A stretch of DNA of 20,624 bases, taken from the IMG/VR virus record IMGVR_UViG_2563366839_000008. One strand, written 5' to 3'. The stretch is from a virus (lineage: Duplodnaviria; Heunggongvirae; Uroviricota; Caudoviricetes). The notes beneath the pieces were generated by a model. The model was given only the letters and a program-made list of their open reading frames with translations. It searched no databases and was not told where the DNA came from. The position numbers were made by a program, and so were the translations under genes. This document shows, one piece after another, positions 1 to 7,361 of this stretch (positions are counted from its first letter, which is position 1; each line of letters starts with the position of its first letter).

Positions 1-1131
1 TCAAATGACCAGTTTTTTCCATTCCTTACCGCGTGCGTCGTTGTAAATATCGGTCATTTTTTGATTCGAATGGCCCAGCAAAATTTTGGTATCAACCCCC
101 TGCTCTCTGAACAATCGCTCTGATAAAGATCTCTGCTCATGGAAAGAGGGTGGGGTGCCATTAGCACGCCAGTTGTAATCCACAGAATCCCGGGCTTTTT
201 TAAATGCAACGGTTAATGTTGCTGGCTTAACCATCCCGCCGCGCTTAGCTGTCCCTTTCGCGTGATGGTGGTGCAATAGCCACGGACTAAGAACGCAATC
301 GCGGCAGGATGACACTACATCATCCAGGGTGAGATTTAATTTATCGCAACGCAGAGCCAGAGGGATGGCAATCCGGGTTCCTGTTTTTTGCTGTTCGACA
401 TGAAGATAACCATCCCGGATATCCGAAAATTGCATTTTGCAAATATCTGAAAGGCGCTGGCCTGTCATCAGTGCCAGCAGCATACCGCGCTGTAAAAAGT
501 AACCATCCTTTTCCGCTGCGTTATAAATCATCATCCACTCATCAAAAGTCAGTCGCTGTCTTGATATCCGCACCTGCGGTTTTTTTGCCGATTCTGCAGG
601 GTTAAAGCCTGGCGGGACATCGCCCGTTTGCTGAGCTTCCCGGAAAACATCGATCAGTACTTTCCTGAAAATTTGTCCCATTCTGTTATGTCCTCTGGCC
701 TTGTACTCTTCCAGTACTGATACCACATCTTTTACGGTTATGGCATCTAACGGTCTGGTGCCAAAACGTTCATCAAATACCCTGAGAGGGGCCGCTTTCT
801 GTTTCAGCGTGTTGAGTTTGATCTCGCCGTTTTCATATCTTTCCTGTTGAATTTTTCTGTAATTATTCAGAAAAATGGTAACGGTTGATGAACCGCCGGT
901 ATCACTAATAATTTTCTCCTGCAGACTGAGCATTTGTTCCATTTGCTGCCGGGCAAGACGGCTGTTCGCTTCTGCTGCAATAGTTTCTGCCAGTTTCTGG
1001 TCAATACTGCCGAGACCGTGATTTTTGCCTGTTATGGGATGCCTGTAACGCCAGTAAACTTTGTTATTTCTTTTGTCAAAATACGGAGATAATCCCGGAA
1101 CATCGGTTTTATATTTTCGCGGGCGCGCCAT
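1..1131 (-). CDS. int: Lambda-family tyrosine recombinase (phage integrase), complete 376 aa; stop codon at 1-3
   Basis: Full-length ORF. C-terminus has the HxxR box (FHEQRSLSERL), LLGH and the catalytic Tyr in TDIYNDARG, as in lambda Int; box I TGQRLSDI is upstream. First gene at the left edge, so the att site should lie just outside the window. Confidence 0.9.
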   Translation of the reverse strand: MARPRKYKTDVPGLSPYFDKRNNKVYWRYRHPITGKNHGLGSIDQKLAETIAAEANSRLARQQMEQMLSLQEKIISDTGGSSTVTIFLNNYRKIQQERYENGEIKLNTLKQKAAPLRVFDERFGTRPLDAITVKDVVSVLEEYKARGHNRMGQIFRKVLIDVFREAQQTGDVPPGFNPAESAKKPQVRISRQRLTFDEWMMIYNAAEKDGYFLQRGMLLALMTGQRLSDICKMQFSDIRDGYLHVEQQKTGTRIAIPLALRCDKLNLTLDDVVSSCRDCVLSPWLLHHHHAKGTAKRGGMVKPATLTVAFKKARDSVDYNWRANGTPPSFHEQRSLSERLFREQGVDTKILLGHSNQKMTDIYNDARGKEWKKLVI

Positions 1132-1357
1132 CTTCCAGTATCCTCTTCAAAGCAGGGTGATCTGTGGCGATCACCTCCGGCTTGTTTACCATTCCGACAA
1201 AGCGAGCTTGCGGATCCACTCGCCAGCGTCTCCCAACTTTTTTGGGGAGAGGAAATATCATTCCGGCTTTAGCGTATTTACTTAACGTACTCGGAGTAGG
1301 GACCGGTTCACTGAATTCCTCTTTTGCCCACTCAGTGAGCAGAATAAGTCTTGCCAT
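1109..1357 (-). CDS. xis: Excisionase-like small DNA-binding protein (Xis)
   Basis: 82-aa ORF directly upstream of int, overlapping its start by 23 nt. Basic motif KYAKAGMIFPLPKKVGRRWRV is typical of excisionase-family HTH proteins. No clear SD. Confidence 0.65.
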   Translation of the reverse strand: MARLILLTEWAKEEFSEPVPTPSTLSKYAKAGMIFPLPKKVGRRWRVDPQARFVGMVNKPEVIATDHPALKRILEDGAPAKI

Positions 1358-1421
1358 GAGCGTCGTTCGCTAATCATGGTCGCCGCCACTATAGCTGGTG
1401 GGCAACGACCGGGGTTGAACA

Positions 1422-3893
1422 TTAAAAATCAGCCTGATTCGGGATCAGTTTTTGCCAGATAACTGAAACGTATTTTGCCTGGTAACGGGCGTCATCAAGT
1501 GCATTATGGCGCTCACCTTCGAATGGAATAGCCGTTCTGGCATCGAAGTCTATGGCTTTCCCCAGCTCAACGATTGTGCGTACATCGCGATCGTTGTAGT
1601 AACGCCACGGGCAGGGGATCCCCTGCCGTTCGTATGAACGGCGCAAAATCGTGTTGTCGAAGTTGGCTCCATTTCCCCAGACCTGAACAAAAAATTCGCC
1701 GGAGTTTTCGTCGATAAATTCCCGCAATTGCAGCAGTGCATCATCTAACGGGATTTCATCGGTCAGAATGGCAGATTGCGCCTCCCGTGATTGCTTAAGC
1801 CACCATTTAATGGTGCCACGATCAATGACTCCGCCAGCAGTATCCATATCGATGGTCTTACTAAATTCCGGCCCCATATCTCCGGTTTGCGGATCGAAAA
1901 ATATTGCACCTATTGAGATAAGCGGGGCATCGGGATTTTTTCCCATGGTTTCAAGGTTGATCATCATGTGGTGCCACATTCTGCTGGTGGATGTGATAAC
2001 GTGATGACCGTTCATCGCAATTAAGGGATCTGCCGTCTCGCCAGTTTCACTATCGCTGGCGTGATCCTGAGCGCTACCAGCATTCTCCTTGTGTGGATGT
2101 TCAGCGCCTTCCATTTCCTTCGGATCATTTTCCTGAACTTCAACCTGATTCTCTTCATCGAATGTTTCCTGGTATGTTGCGTCGCCCATTACCGCGCCAC
2201 AATCAGGGCAGTTGCCACCACCGCTTTGACCGCAGGCGGTGCAGACTTTTTCCGGTTCCTGTTGCGCTACTGGCTCAGGTTGTTTCGTTTCTGGCTCGTT
2301 TTGTAACGCATTTGGGCTGTTTTGTTCCGCTTTCTGGCCGTTCTGTTCCGTTTCTTGTTGGTTCTGATTCACTGAATCGCGGGTTTCAATCCCCTTCACC
2401 CATTTCGGATCATTCGGGTCGCTAATCCCTGCAACAAATTCACCACGTGATACAGCAAGCAACTTATTGGCGTCAGGCTGGCTGATATTGGCTGCCTGCA
2501 TAATTTTGTTTACTTCGTCAGCGGTAACTTTTACCGGCTCTGGTTGTGCGATCGTGTCAGATGCACCAGTATTTTGTTGTGAACCTGAGTATGTACTGTT
2601 TTTGCGGGCGAAATATTCTTCTTTCGTGATTTCAGTAGCCCCGGCAGCCAGCGCCTTATCCAGACCAGAAAGTTTGTTTGCGCGACCGTATTTTTCGCCA
2701 TCCTTGTCGGTGAAGAGGAAGTAGAACGGCCCTTCACGCTCTACAGATGGTTCGACTTCCACTTTGCATTCGGTTTTTTCGTTGTCCGGAATTGCCGTTT
2801 CCACTGCATCAGTTTCTGGTACTGGCGACGAGAGAGTATCAGTTGCGCTCTGATTTCTTCCTTCATCTTCAAACACGCCCTTTGTAGTCAGGTATTCAGT
2901 AATGTATTTGTTCAGTGCCACAGGGTCTTTGTGAATGTCGATCGGACGTTCACGGACAAGGCCAAAAATAGTCTGGCGGTCGTAGCGAAGGGCATCAGGC
3001 TGTTTGCGCATTGATGCCGAGATACGCTTCCAGTCTTCGCGGTCGTTGTCGATAACTTCATTTTTTGCCCAGCGATGGATGCTGCCGTCAATGTTTCCGG
3101 CATCCACATCACCAGGCCAGAGAGCGTAGGCCAGTTCGTCATCCAGTGTTTTCCATGTCTGCTTGTATTCGCGATGAATGGCAGCAATGACCGGGCTGAT
3201 TTTTCCTGTTGAATTTTCACTGTGCTGTTGATTGGTTCTGGCGCGGGCGAGATCAACAACAGACGTGTATTTTCCGGTTTCCTTGCGTTCACCTTCGCGA
3301 CGTTTTTTCCAGATGCGCATCTCTGCCTGAATTTCGGGCCATTTGGCACCAGGCTTACATTTATGCTTAACCCACCCGATGGCATGCAGCTTAAGCTCCG
3401 GATACATGGCGTTAACTTCTGGCATTTTCATCAACGCTTCAACGATATGTCCGTCGAATGTTGCCATGTCTTCCTGCAACAATTCCTGTGCGCTAATAAC
3501 CATATCAACGGTGATGTTTTCACATGTGTCGAACTTAACCATGACAGCGTTCTGTACTTCAGGGGCCAGCTTGTCAAAAGTGACGTTCATCGGATCGGAT
3601 TCAGTCTCAACCGGGACAAAAGAAGCAGACTCCTCATCCCAGCGGTTTTCCTGCATATATTCAGCATCCCATGAATCGAGGGCAGGGCGGGGTATGCCAG
3701 GTTTATCCTCGCAGACAATAAATTTATAAGCGCAGTCCTGAGCAGCCGGATAATGTTCCAGGAACTGCCAGTGAAATTTTGCTCGAGCACGGCGTTCGTC
3801 GCCAACTTCAATGGCTGTGGCTACAGCCACAGCGCCTTCTTCCCTTGTTGCCAGTTCGTCAGGAATAGCGGCGCAAATAAAGACTTTACTCAT
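1422..3893 (-). CDS. Large early-left protein (YdfE / exodeoxyribonuclease VIII-like), 823 aa, with Q/E-rich linker, CxxC..CxxC zinc ribbon and C-terminal DEDDh-like 3'-5' exonuclease domain
   Basis: Long uninterrupted ORF. C-terminal motifs WGNGANFDNTIL (Exo II-like) and HNALDDARYQAKY (Exo III-like H-x-A-x-x-D-A); internal CTACG...CPDCG zinc ribbon. Sits at the ydfE position after dicB-ydfD. Function inferred from motifs and synteny. Confidence 0.8.
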   Translation of the reverse strand: MSKVFICAAIPDELATREEGAVAVATAIEVGDERRARAKFHWQFLEHYPAAQDCAYKFIVCEDKPGIPRPALDSWDAEYMQENRWDEESASFVPVETESDPMNVTFDKLAPEVQNAVMVKFDTCENITVDMVISAQELLQEDMATFDGHIVEALMKMPEVNAMYPELKLHAIGWVKHKCKPGAKWPEIQAEMRIWKKRREGERKETGKYTSVVDLARARTNQQHSENSTGKISPVIAAIHREYKQTWKTLDDELAYALWPGDVDAGNIDGSIHRWAKNEVIDNDREDWKRISASMRKQPDALRYDRQTIFGLVRERPIDIHKDPVALNKYITEYLTTKGVFEDEGRNQSATDTLSSPVPETDAVETAIPDNEKTECKVEVEPSVEREGPFYFLFTDKDGEKYGRANKLSGLDKALAAGATEITKEEYFARKNSTYSGSQQNTGASDTIAQPEPVKVTADEVNKIMQAANISQPDANKLLAVSRGEFVAGISDPNDPKWVKGIETRDSVNQNQQETEQNGQKAEQNSPNALQNEPETKQPEPVAQQEPEKVCTACGQSGGGNCPDCGAVMGDATYQETFDEENQVEVQENDPKEMEGAEHPHKENAGSAQDHASDSETGETADPLIAMNGHHVITSTSRMWHHMMINLETMGKNPDAPLISIGAIFFDPQTGDMGPEFSKTIDMDTAGGVIDRGTIKWWLKQSREAQSAILTDEIPLDDALLQLREFIDENSGEFFVQVWGNGANFDNTILRRSYERQGIPCPWRYYNDRDVRTIVELGKAIDFDARTAIPFEGERHNALDDARYQAKYVSVIWQKLIPNQADF

Positions 3894-3986
3894 TTTGTTT
3901 TAACCTCATGACAGATTTAAGGATGAACAAATCCCTGCCATTGCTGGCATATAAGAATGAAACCGGATATTTATTACGGAACTGTT

Positions 3987-4178
3987 TTAAAGACCTGCCG
4001 GGATTTCGATATTATCCTGGTGAATAACTTTATCGACCGGGTAACAGTTACCGGGAATTTTCTGTTCGGTTGCTGCAGTCATACACTCCTGCATTGTCCT
4101 GTGAACACTGACTGCAATATCAACTGGCTCTCCGGAAACAAGAAAAACTGTCAGAACAAGTGCAAATGCTGTATTCAT
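3987..4178 (-). CDS. ydfD: YdfD-like small protein (63 aa, N-terminal hydrophobic segment; Qin-prophage lysis-associated protein family)
   Basis: Translation MNTAFALVLTVFLVSGEPVDIAVSVHRTMQECMTAATEQKIPGNCYPVDKVIHQDNIEIPAGL matches recalled YdfD. ATG overlaps the dicB stop (ATGA), indicating coupling. Confidence 0.75.
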   Translation of the reverse strand: MNTAFALVLTVFLVSGEPVDIAVSVHRTMQECMTAATEQKIPGNCYPVDKVIHQDNIEIPAGL

Positions 4179-4363
4179 TGCCAGCATCCTTTTTGTATCG
4201 GACGTAAACGGGCCAGCATTGAAAGAATGCATATTTTATTTAATAGCTCCCGTTCGTGTTTTCTCTTGTTAATGGCATCTTCAGTAAATACAGGGTTACT
4301 GATAGTGACACCAATTTCAAAACAACCTTCAGACGTATTAACGTTTGGTAATAACGTTTCCAT
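4175..4363 (-). CDS. dicB: DicB cell-division inhibitor (62 aa)
   Basis: Translation METLLPNVNTSEGCFEIGVTISNPVFTEDAINKRKHERELLNKICILSMLARLRPIQKGCWQ closely matches recalled DicB. SD GAGGA lies 7 nt upstream of the ATG at 4361-4363; directly downstream of dicF. Confidence 0.85.
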   Translation of the reverse strand: METLLPNVNTSEGCFEIGVTISNPVFTEDAINKRKHERELLNKICILSMLARLRPIQKGCWQ

Positions 4364-4537
4364 TATCGCGTCCTCAACAATGAATTTTGTGATGCGGTGC
4401 CTGGTGCCTCCAGGTGACGTTAACCAGTTAACAATTAACGCCGGATACAGAGAATCCACCCATAACACTGTTTTTGGTTTTAACTGTTCCGCGTGCGCTC
4501 AGCCGCATTCACCACATCACAAAATTCACTTTAAAAA

Positions 4538-4590
4538 GGGCGGCAGAGCAGTCACGGAGTAAAACTGATACCGCCAAACGTCACCAGAAA
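4538..4590 (-). ncRNA. dicF: DicF small RNA (53 nt; antisense regulator of ftsZ and other mRNAs)
   Basis: Minus strand reads TTTCTGGTGACGTTTGGCGGTATCAGTTTTACTCCGTGACTGCTCTGCCGCCC followed by TTTTT, matching recalled DicF including its 3' terminator hairpin (GGCGG/CCGCC). Upstream of dicB as in the Qin dicB operon. Confidence 0.85.
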
Positions 4591-4925
4591 ATTGATAACA
4601 GAGGGCGTTGCAGCGGGGTTGTCACTTAAGCGTATGGTCAACCTGACAACCCGGTGTCCTCAACGGGGGAAGGAATAACCCCGCCATACTTACCGCCGCG
4701 CCATTTCGCGGATTGCCACAACCGGAAACGCACGGTCGACGAAAATTTAACGACAGGCTATCTATGAACCAGCTACCTCGCCGGGCGCTTTCGCGTTATG
4801 GTCTGACTTTTCAGGGAAATATCCTTTCAGTAAACTGTCAGTGCCGGATGCTCACCCGTGTCCGGCGCACGCACTCCACCTCACCCGTGGAGAACTCCTT
4901 AATCACCAACCCTCAGGAGGGTGAA

Positions 4926-5201
4926 ATGTCGACTGAAAATGATGAAATCATTAACTCCCTGATACGCCAGATTAATAATTTTGATAAAGCATTGCAACAT
5001 GCTGCGGCGCGTAGTGATATAACTCTTTTAGCAATTTCATTTCTTGCATCTGTTATGGATAAAAATGAAGTCGTACGACAGAGTCTTGTTGATTATATCG
5101 ACTCGCTTCAACCCGGCACTTTCAATCATGAGAGCTTCAATCATGAGAAAGAGCATGTTAAGTCTGTAATTAATTCTCTTATTTTGAATCAAAAGAATTA
5201 A
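4926..5201 (+). CDS. Hypothetical protein, 91 aa, AT-rich, convergent with the repressor-side operon
   Basis: ATG at 4926 preceded by a strong SD (CAGGAGGGTGAA-ATG). Coding sequence is markedly AT-rich relative to its flanks. Its 3' end overlaps the 3' end of the minus-strand 110-aa gene. No recognisable domain. Confidence 0.45.
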   Translation: MSTENDEIINSLIRQINNFDKALQHAAARSDITLLAISFLASVMDKNEVVRQSLVDYIDSLQPGTFNHESFNHEKEHVKSVINSLILNQKN

Positions 5202-5511
5202 TGCTTTTTGTTGCAAAGTAATTTTCAAGGGGTTCTATTCGAATCCCTTTCTTTTTCATTAACAAGCCAAACCCCTTATCAATGATGTCCATTAGATCCA
5301 GGAAGTATTTTTCATGTAAATCCTGGTTATCAGAGAGCTGCTTCTCTTCGTACAGCCCGATAAAGGCTCGGCGTACGTTACCGGATATATTGTCGATGGT
5401 TTCTTTTTCTACGGTACTCAGGTCAAGAGTCGCCAGTTGAGAGCGAACCACATTCGATGCCATTTCCTGGAATGGTACTGGTAAATCTTTAAATTCCATC
5501 GTCAACCTCAT
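5179..5511 (-). CDS. Hypothetical protein (110 aa; 106 aa from second ATG) in the repressor-side operon
   Basis: First ATG overlaps the ydfA-like stop (TGATG coupling). Second ATG at 5497-5499 has SD GAGG 6 nt upstream. No recognisable motif; occupies the rex/sie-type position downstream of cI. Confidence 0.6.
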   Translation of the reverse strand: MRLTMEFKDLPVPFQEMASNVVRSQLATLDLSTVEKETIDNISGNVRRAFIGLYEEKQLSDNQDLHEKYFLDLMDIIDKGFGLLMKKKGIRIEPLENYFATKSINSFDSK

Positions 5512-5663
5512 CAGTCAGTGTTTCTGGTTAACCAGCGACGCGCGCCAGCTTCAGTTTTAAACGTTTTGCTTCTGGTATACGTCATCGCGGTGAACGTACC
5601 GTCCTGGTTGGGGAACACGCCACATACCAGAGATTCGCTGTTGCCAAGATCGATAGTATCCAT
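5511..5663 (-). CDS. ydfA: YdfA-like small protein (DUF1391 family), 50 aa
   Basis: Translation MDTIDLGNSESLVCGVFPNQDGTFTAMTYTRSKTFKTEAGARRWLTRNTD resembles recalled YdfA. SD GAGG 7 nt upstream of the ATG at 5661-5663. A longer in-frame start at 5744 exists, but its N-terminal extension looks non-protein-like. Confidence 0.65.
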   Translation of the reverse strand: MDTIDLGNSESLVCGVFPNQDGTFTAMTYTRSKTFKTEAGARRWLTRNTD

Positions 5664-5935
5664 GCTGACCTCATTTCCCCTTAACGCCGGGGTAGCGGAA
5701 CAAAAACCTGCTGCATAGTTATTAAAGTTGAACCCTGCCGTCATGTTCTTACGCCTCGGGCTGGCTACTTAACCCCTGACCACTGCCTGGTAACTCGAAG
5801 TATTGCCCTGCATTCTGTGGGGCGGGGTGGGTTGGTATGTTGTTAAGGTAACAAGAGTTACCTTTCGAGTCAATACAATGTTGCAAAAGGTACATTTGAG
5901 GGCATAAAAAACCCGCAATGAATGCGGGTTCTGAC

Positions 5936-6610
5936 TCAGTCTAAGTATTGATGTATTTGTGAAACTTTACCTTTAATGGTGTAACCACCATTCAGTTCGA
6001 TGGGTTTGTAAAGCGGATTCAGTGACAACAGATAGATGTTTGGTCCGTCAATCGCAACTTTTTTTAGTGTTACGTTTGGCGTTCCTTCCAATTGGATTAA
6101 GATTATTTTTCCCACCAGTTCTCTAATGTTACTTGAGCATGGTGTGATCAGCACGGTAGATCCGTCGGGGATGGTTGGGAGGCCGTTAGAGTTTGTCATC
6201 GCATCTCCCTCAACATGCAATAAAAAAGAGTTTTCAGCGGTTTTTGTCATGACATCAACCCAATTCTTAATACCAGGAATCTCGGTTACTGGACAACTCA
6301 TATCCCAATAACCAGCCTGTTCCCACGTTAAAACGGGCAACCGGGCGATGTTGTCACTAATGTAAGGGTACTGATTCAGACGCAGATCATCGGCTTTATC
6401 GTGACCGTCCTTTCCATAAAGAATCCATTCAGGAGATTTGGAAAGCAATTTTGACAGTAGATACAAATTCTCACCGTCAGGTTTTGAAGAGCCATTTTCC
6501 CATTTTGTTACGGATACACGAGATATGCCGATTGCTTTCGCAACCTGCTGTTGGGTTAATCCAACGTCTTTTCGACGATTCCGAATACGTTCGCTGATAG
6601 TGTTTTTCAT
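5936..6610 (-). CDS. CI/C2-like prophage repressor: N-terminal XRE-type HTH plus C-terminal LexA-like S24 peptidase domain with Ala in place of the catalytic Ser
   Basis: N-terminus MKNTISERIRNRRKDVGLTQQQVAKAIGISRVSVTKWENG parallels P22 C2. Ala-Gly cleavage site present (WEQAGYW). S24 motif reads EGDAMT (GCG codon) instead of GDSM; Lys retained in TLKKVAIDG. Divergent from the cro-like gene. Start chosen by alignment to C2; the ORF extends to 6709. Confidence 0.85.
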   Translation of the reverse strand: MKNTISERIRNRRKDVGLTQQQVAKAIGISRVSVTKWENGSSKPDGENLYLLSKLLSKSPEWILYGKDGHDKADDLRLNQYPYISDNIARLPVLTWEQAGYWDMSCPVTEIPGIKNWVDVMTKTAENSFLLHVEGDAMTNSNGLPTIPDGSTVLITPCSSNIRELVGKIILIQLEGTPNVTLKKVAIDGPNIYLLSLNPLYKPIELNGGYTIKGKVSQIHQYLD

Positions 6611-6701
6611 GTAACCAATGTTACTACCAAGTGATGTTGCTATGGTTGACATTGTTATGTAACTATTGTTACCCTTCTGCTCGAAATAACAGGAGAGTTT
6701 T
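6611..6701. promoter_or_regulatory. Divergent immunity promoter/operator region between the repressor and cro-like genes
   Basis: 91-bp intergenic region with repeated TGTTAC/TGTTAT half-sites, a near-palindrome GTTATGTAAC, a consensus -35 TTGACA at 6646-6651 and a candidate -35/-10 pair TTGCTA (6637-6642)/TAACTA (6660-6665) facing the cro-like gene. Exact operators not resolved. Confidence 0.4.
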
Positions 6702-6917
6702 ATGTTCAAAGATGATGTTCTGCGCTATTTCAAAAAAAAGCGACTAGTAGCTGAGGCTCTTGGAATTTCACATGTGGCTGTTGTGCGGTGGAAAGCCGTT
6801 ATTCCCAAACTTCGCGCAATGGAACTGGATGAAATTACTAACAGTGAATTGAAATACAACCCAGAACTTTACAAGAAGCAGGATAGCACCTCAAACGAAG
6901 GAAAGAATGATTCATGA
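6702..6917 (+). CDS. dicC: Cro-like small HTH regulator (DicC / YdaS family)
   Basis: 71 aa with SD CAGGAGAG upstream; divergent from the repressor. Motifs AEALGISHVAVVRW and LKYNPELY resemble DicC/YdaS-type Cro analogues. Confidence 0.7.
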   Translation: MFKDDVLRYFKKKRLVAEALGISHVAVVRWKAVIPKLRAMELDEITNSELKYNPELYKKQDSTSNEGKNDS

Positions 6918-7339
6918 AAATCAAGCATGAACACATCCGCATGGCGATGAATGTCTGGGCGCATCCGGACGGCGAAAAAGTACCGGCTGCGAAAATTACC
7001 AAAGCGTATTTCGAGCTGGGAATGACGTTCCCGGAACTGTATGACGACAGCCATCCGGAAGCCCTGGCCCGTAATACCCAGAAAATTTTCCGTTGGCTGG
7101 ATAAAGACACCCCTGATGCTGTTGAAAAAATGCAGGCTCTGTTACCGGCGATCGAAAAGGCGATGCCGCCTTTGCTGGTGGCCCGTATGCGTAGCCACAG
7201 TTCTGAATATTACCGTGATATCGTCGAACGGAGGGATCGGCTGGTGAAGGATGTCGATGATTTTGTTGCGTCAGCGGTTGTTTTGTATGACCAGATGAAT
7301 CGCGGCGGCCCGGCAGGGAATGCTGTGGTGATGCACTAA
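6914..7339 (+). CDS. YdaT-like protein (CII functional-analogue family)
   Basis: 141 aa; ATG overlaps the cro-like stop (ATGA). N-terminus MKIKHEHI... is typical of YdaT-family proteins that follow YdaS/DicC-like genes. Family assignment from recollection. Confidence 0.6.
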   Translation: MKIKHEHIRMAMNVWAHPDGEKVPAAKITKAYFELGMTFPELYDDSHPEALARNTQKIFRWLDKDTPDAVEKMQALLPAIEKAMPPLLVARMRSHSSEYYRDIVERRDRLVKDVDDFVASAVVLYDQMNRGGPAGNAVVMH

Positions 7340-7361
7340 AAGCACGGTGTTCGGGGGTTTT

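Noticed and set aside
1061-1373. Plus-strand ORFs 1061-1285 and 1164-1373
   Set aside because: Antisense to the int/xis coding region; no SD; the minus-strand genes explain the region.
2061-3729. Several 80-157-aa ORFs on both strands inside the 823-aa gene (for example 2093-2425, 2912-3385, 3222-3674, 3343-3729)
   Set aside because: All are nested in or antisense to the long exonuclease-like ORF, with no start signals and low-complexity translations.
3957-4562. 201-aa plus-strand ORF
   Set aside because: It lies antisense across the well-supported dicB and ydfD genes and the dicF terminator, has no SD, and is Cys-rich with odd composition; most likely a spurious frame.
4713-4925. N-terminal extension of the 162-aa track ORF upstream of the 91-aa gene
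   Set aside because: The strong SD sits immediately before the internal ATG at 4926; the upstream part is GC-rich and structured and reads as 5' leader rather than coding.
5037-5228. 63-aa minus-strand ORF
   Set aside because: Overlaps the better-supported plus-strand 91-aa gene and the 3' end of the 110-aa gene; no SD; translation is low-complexity (Ile/Leu/Asn-rich from AT-rich DNA).
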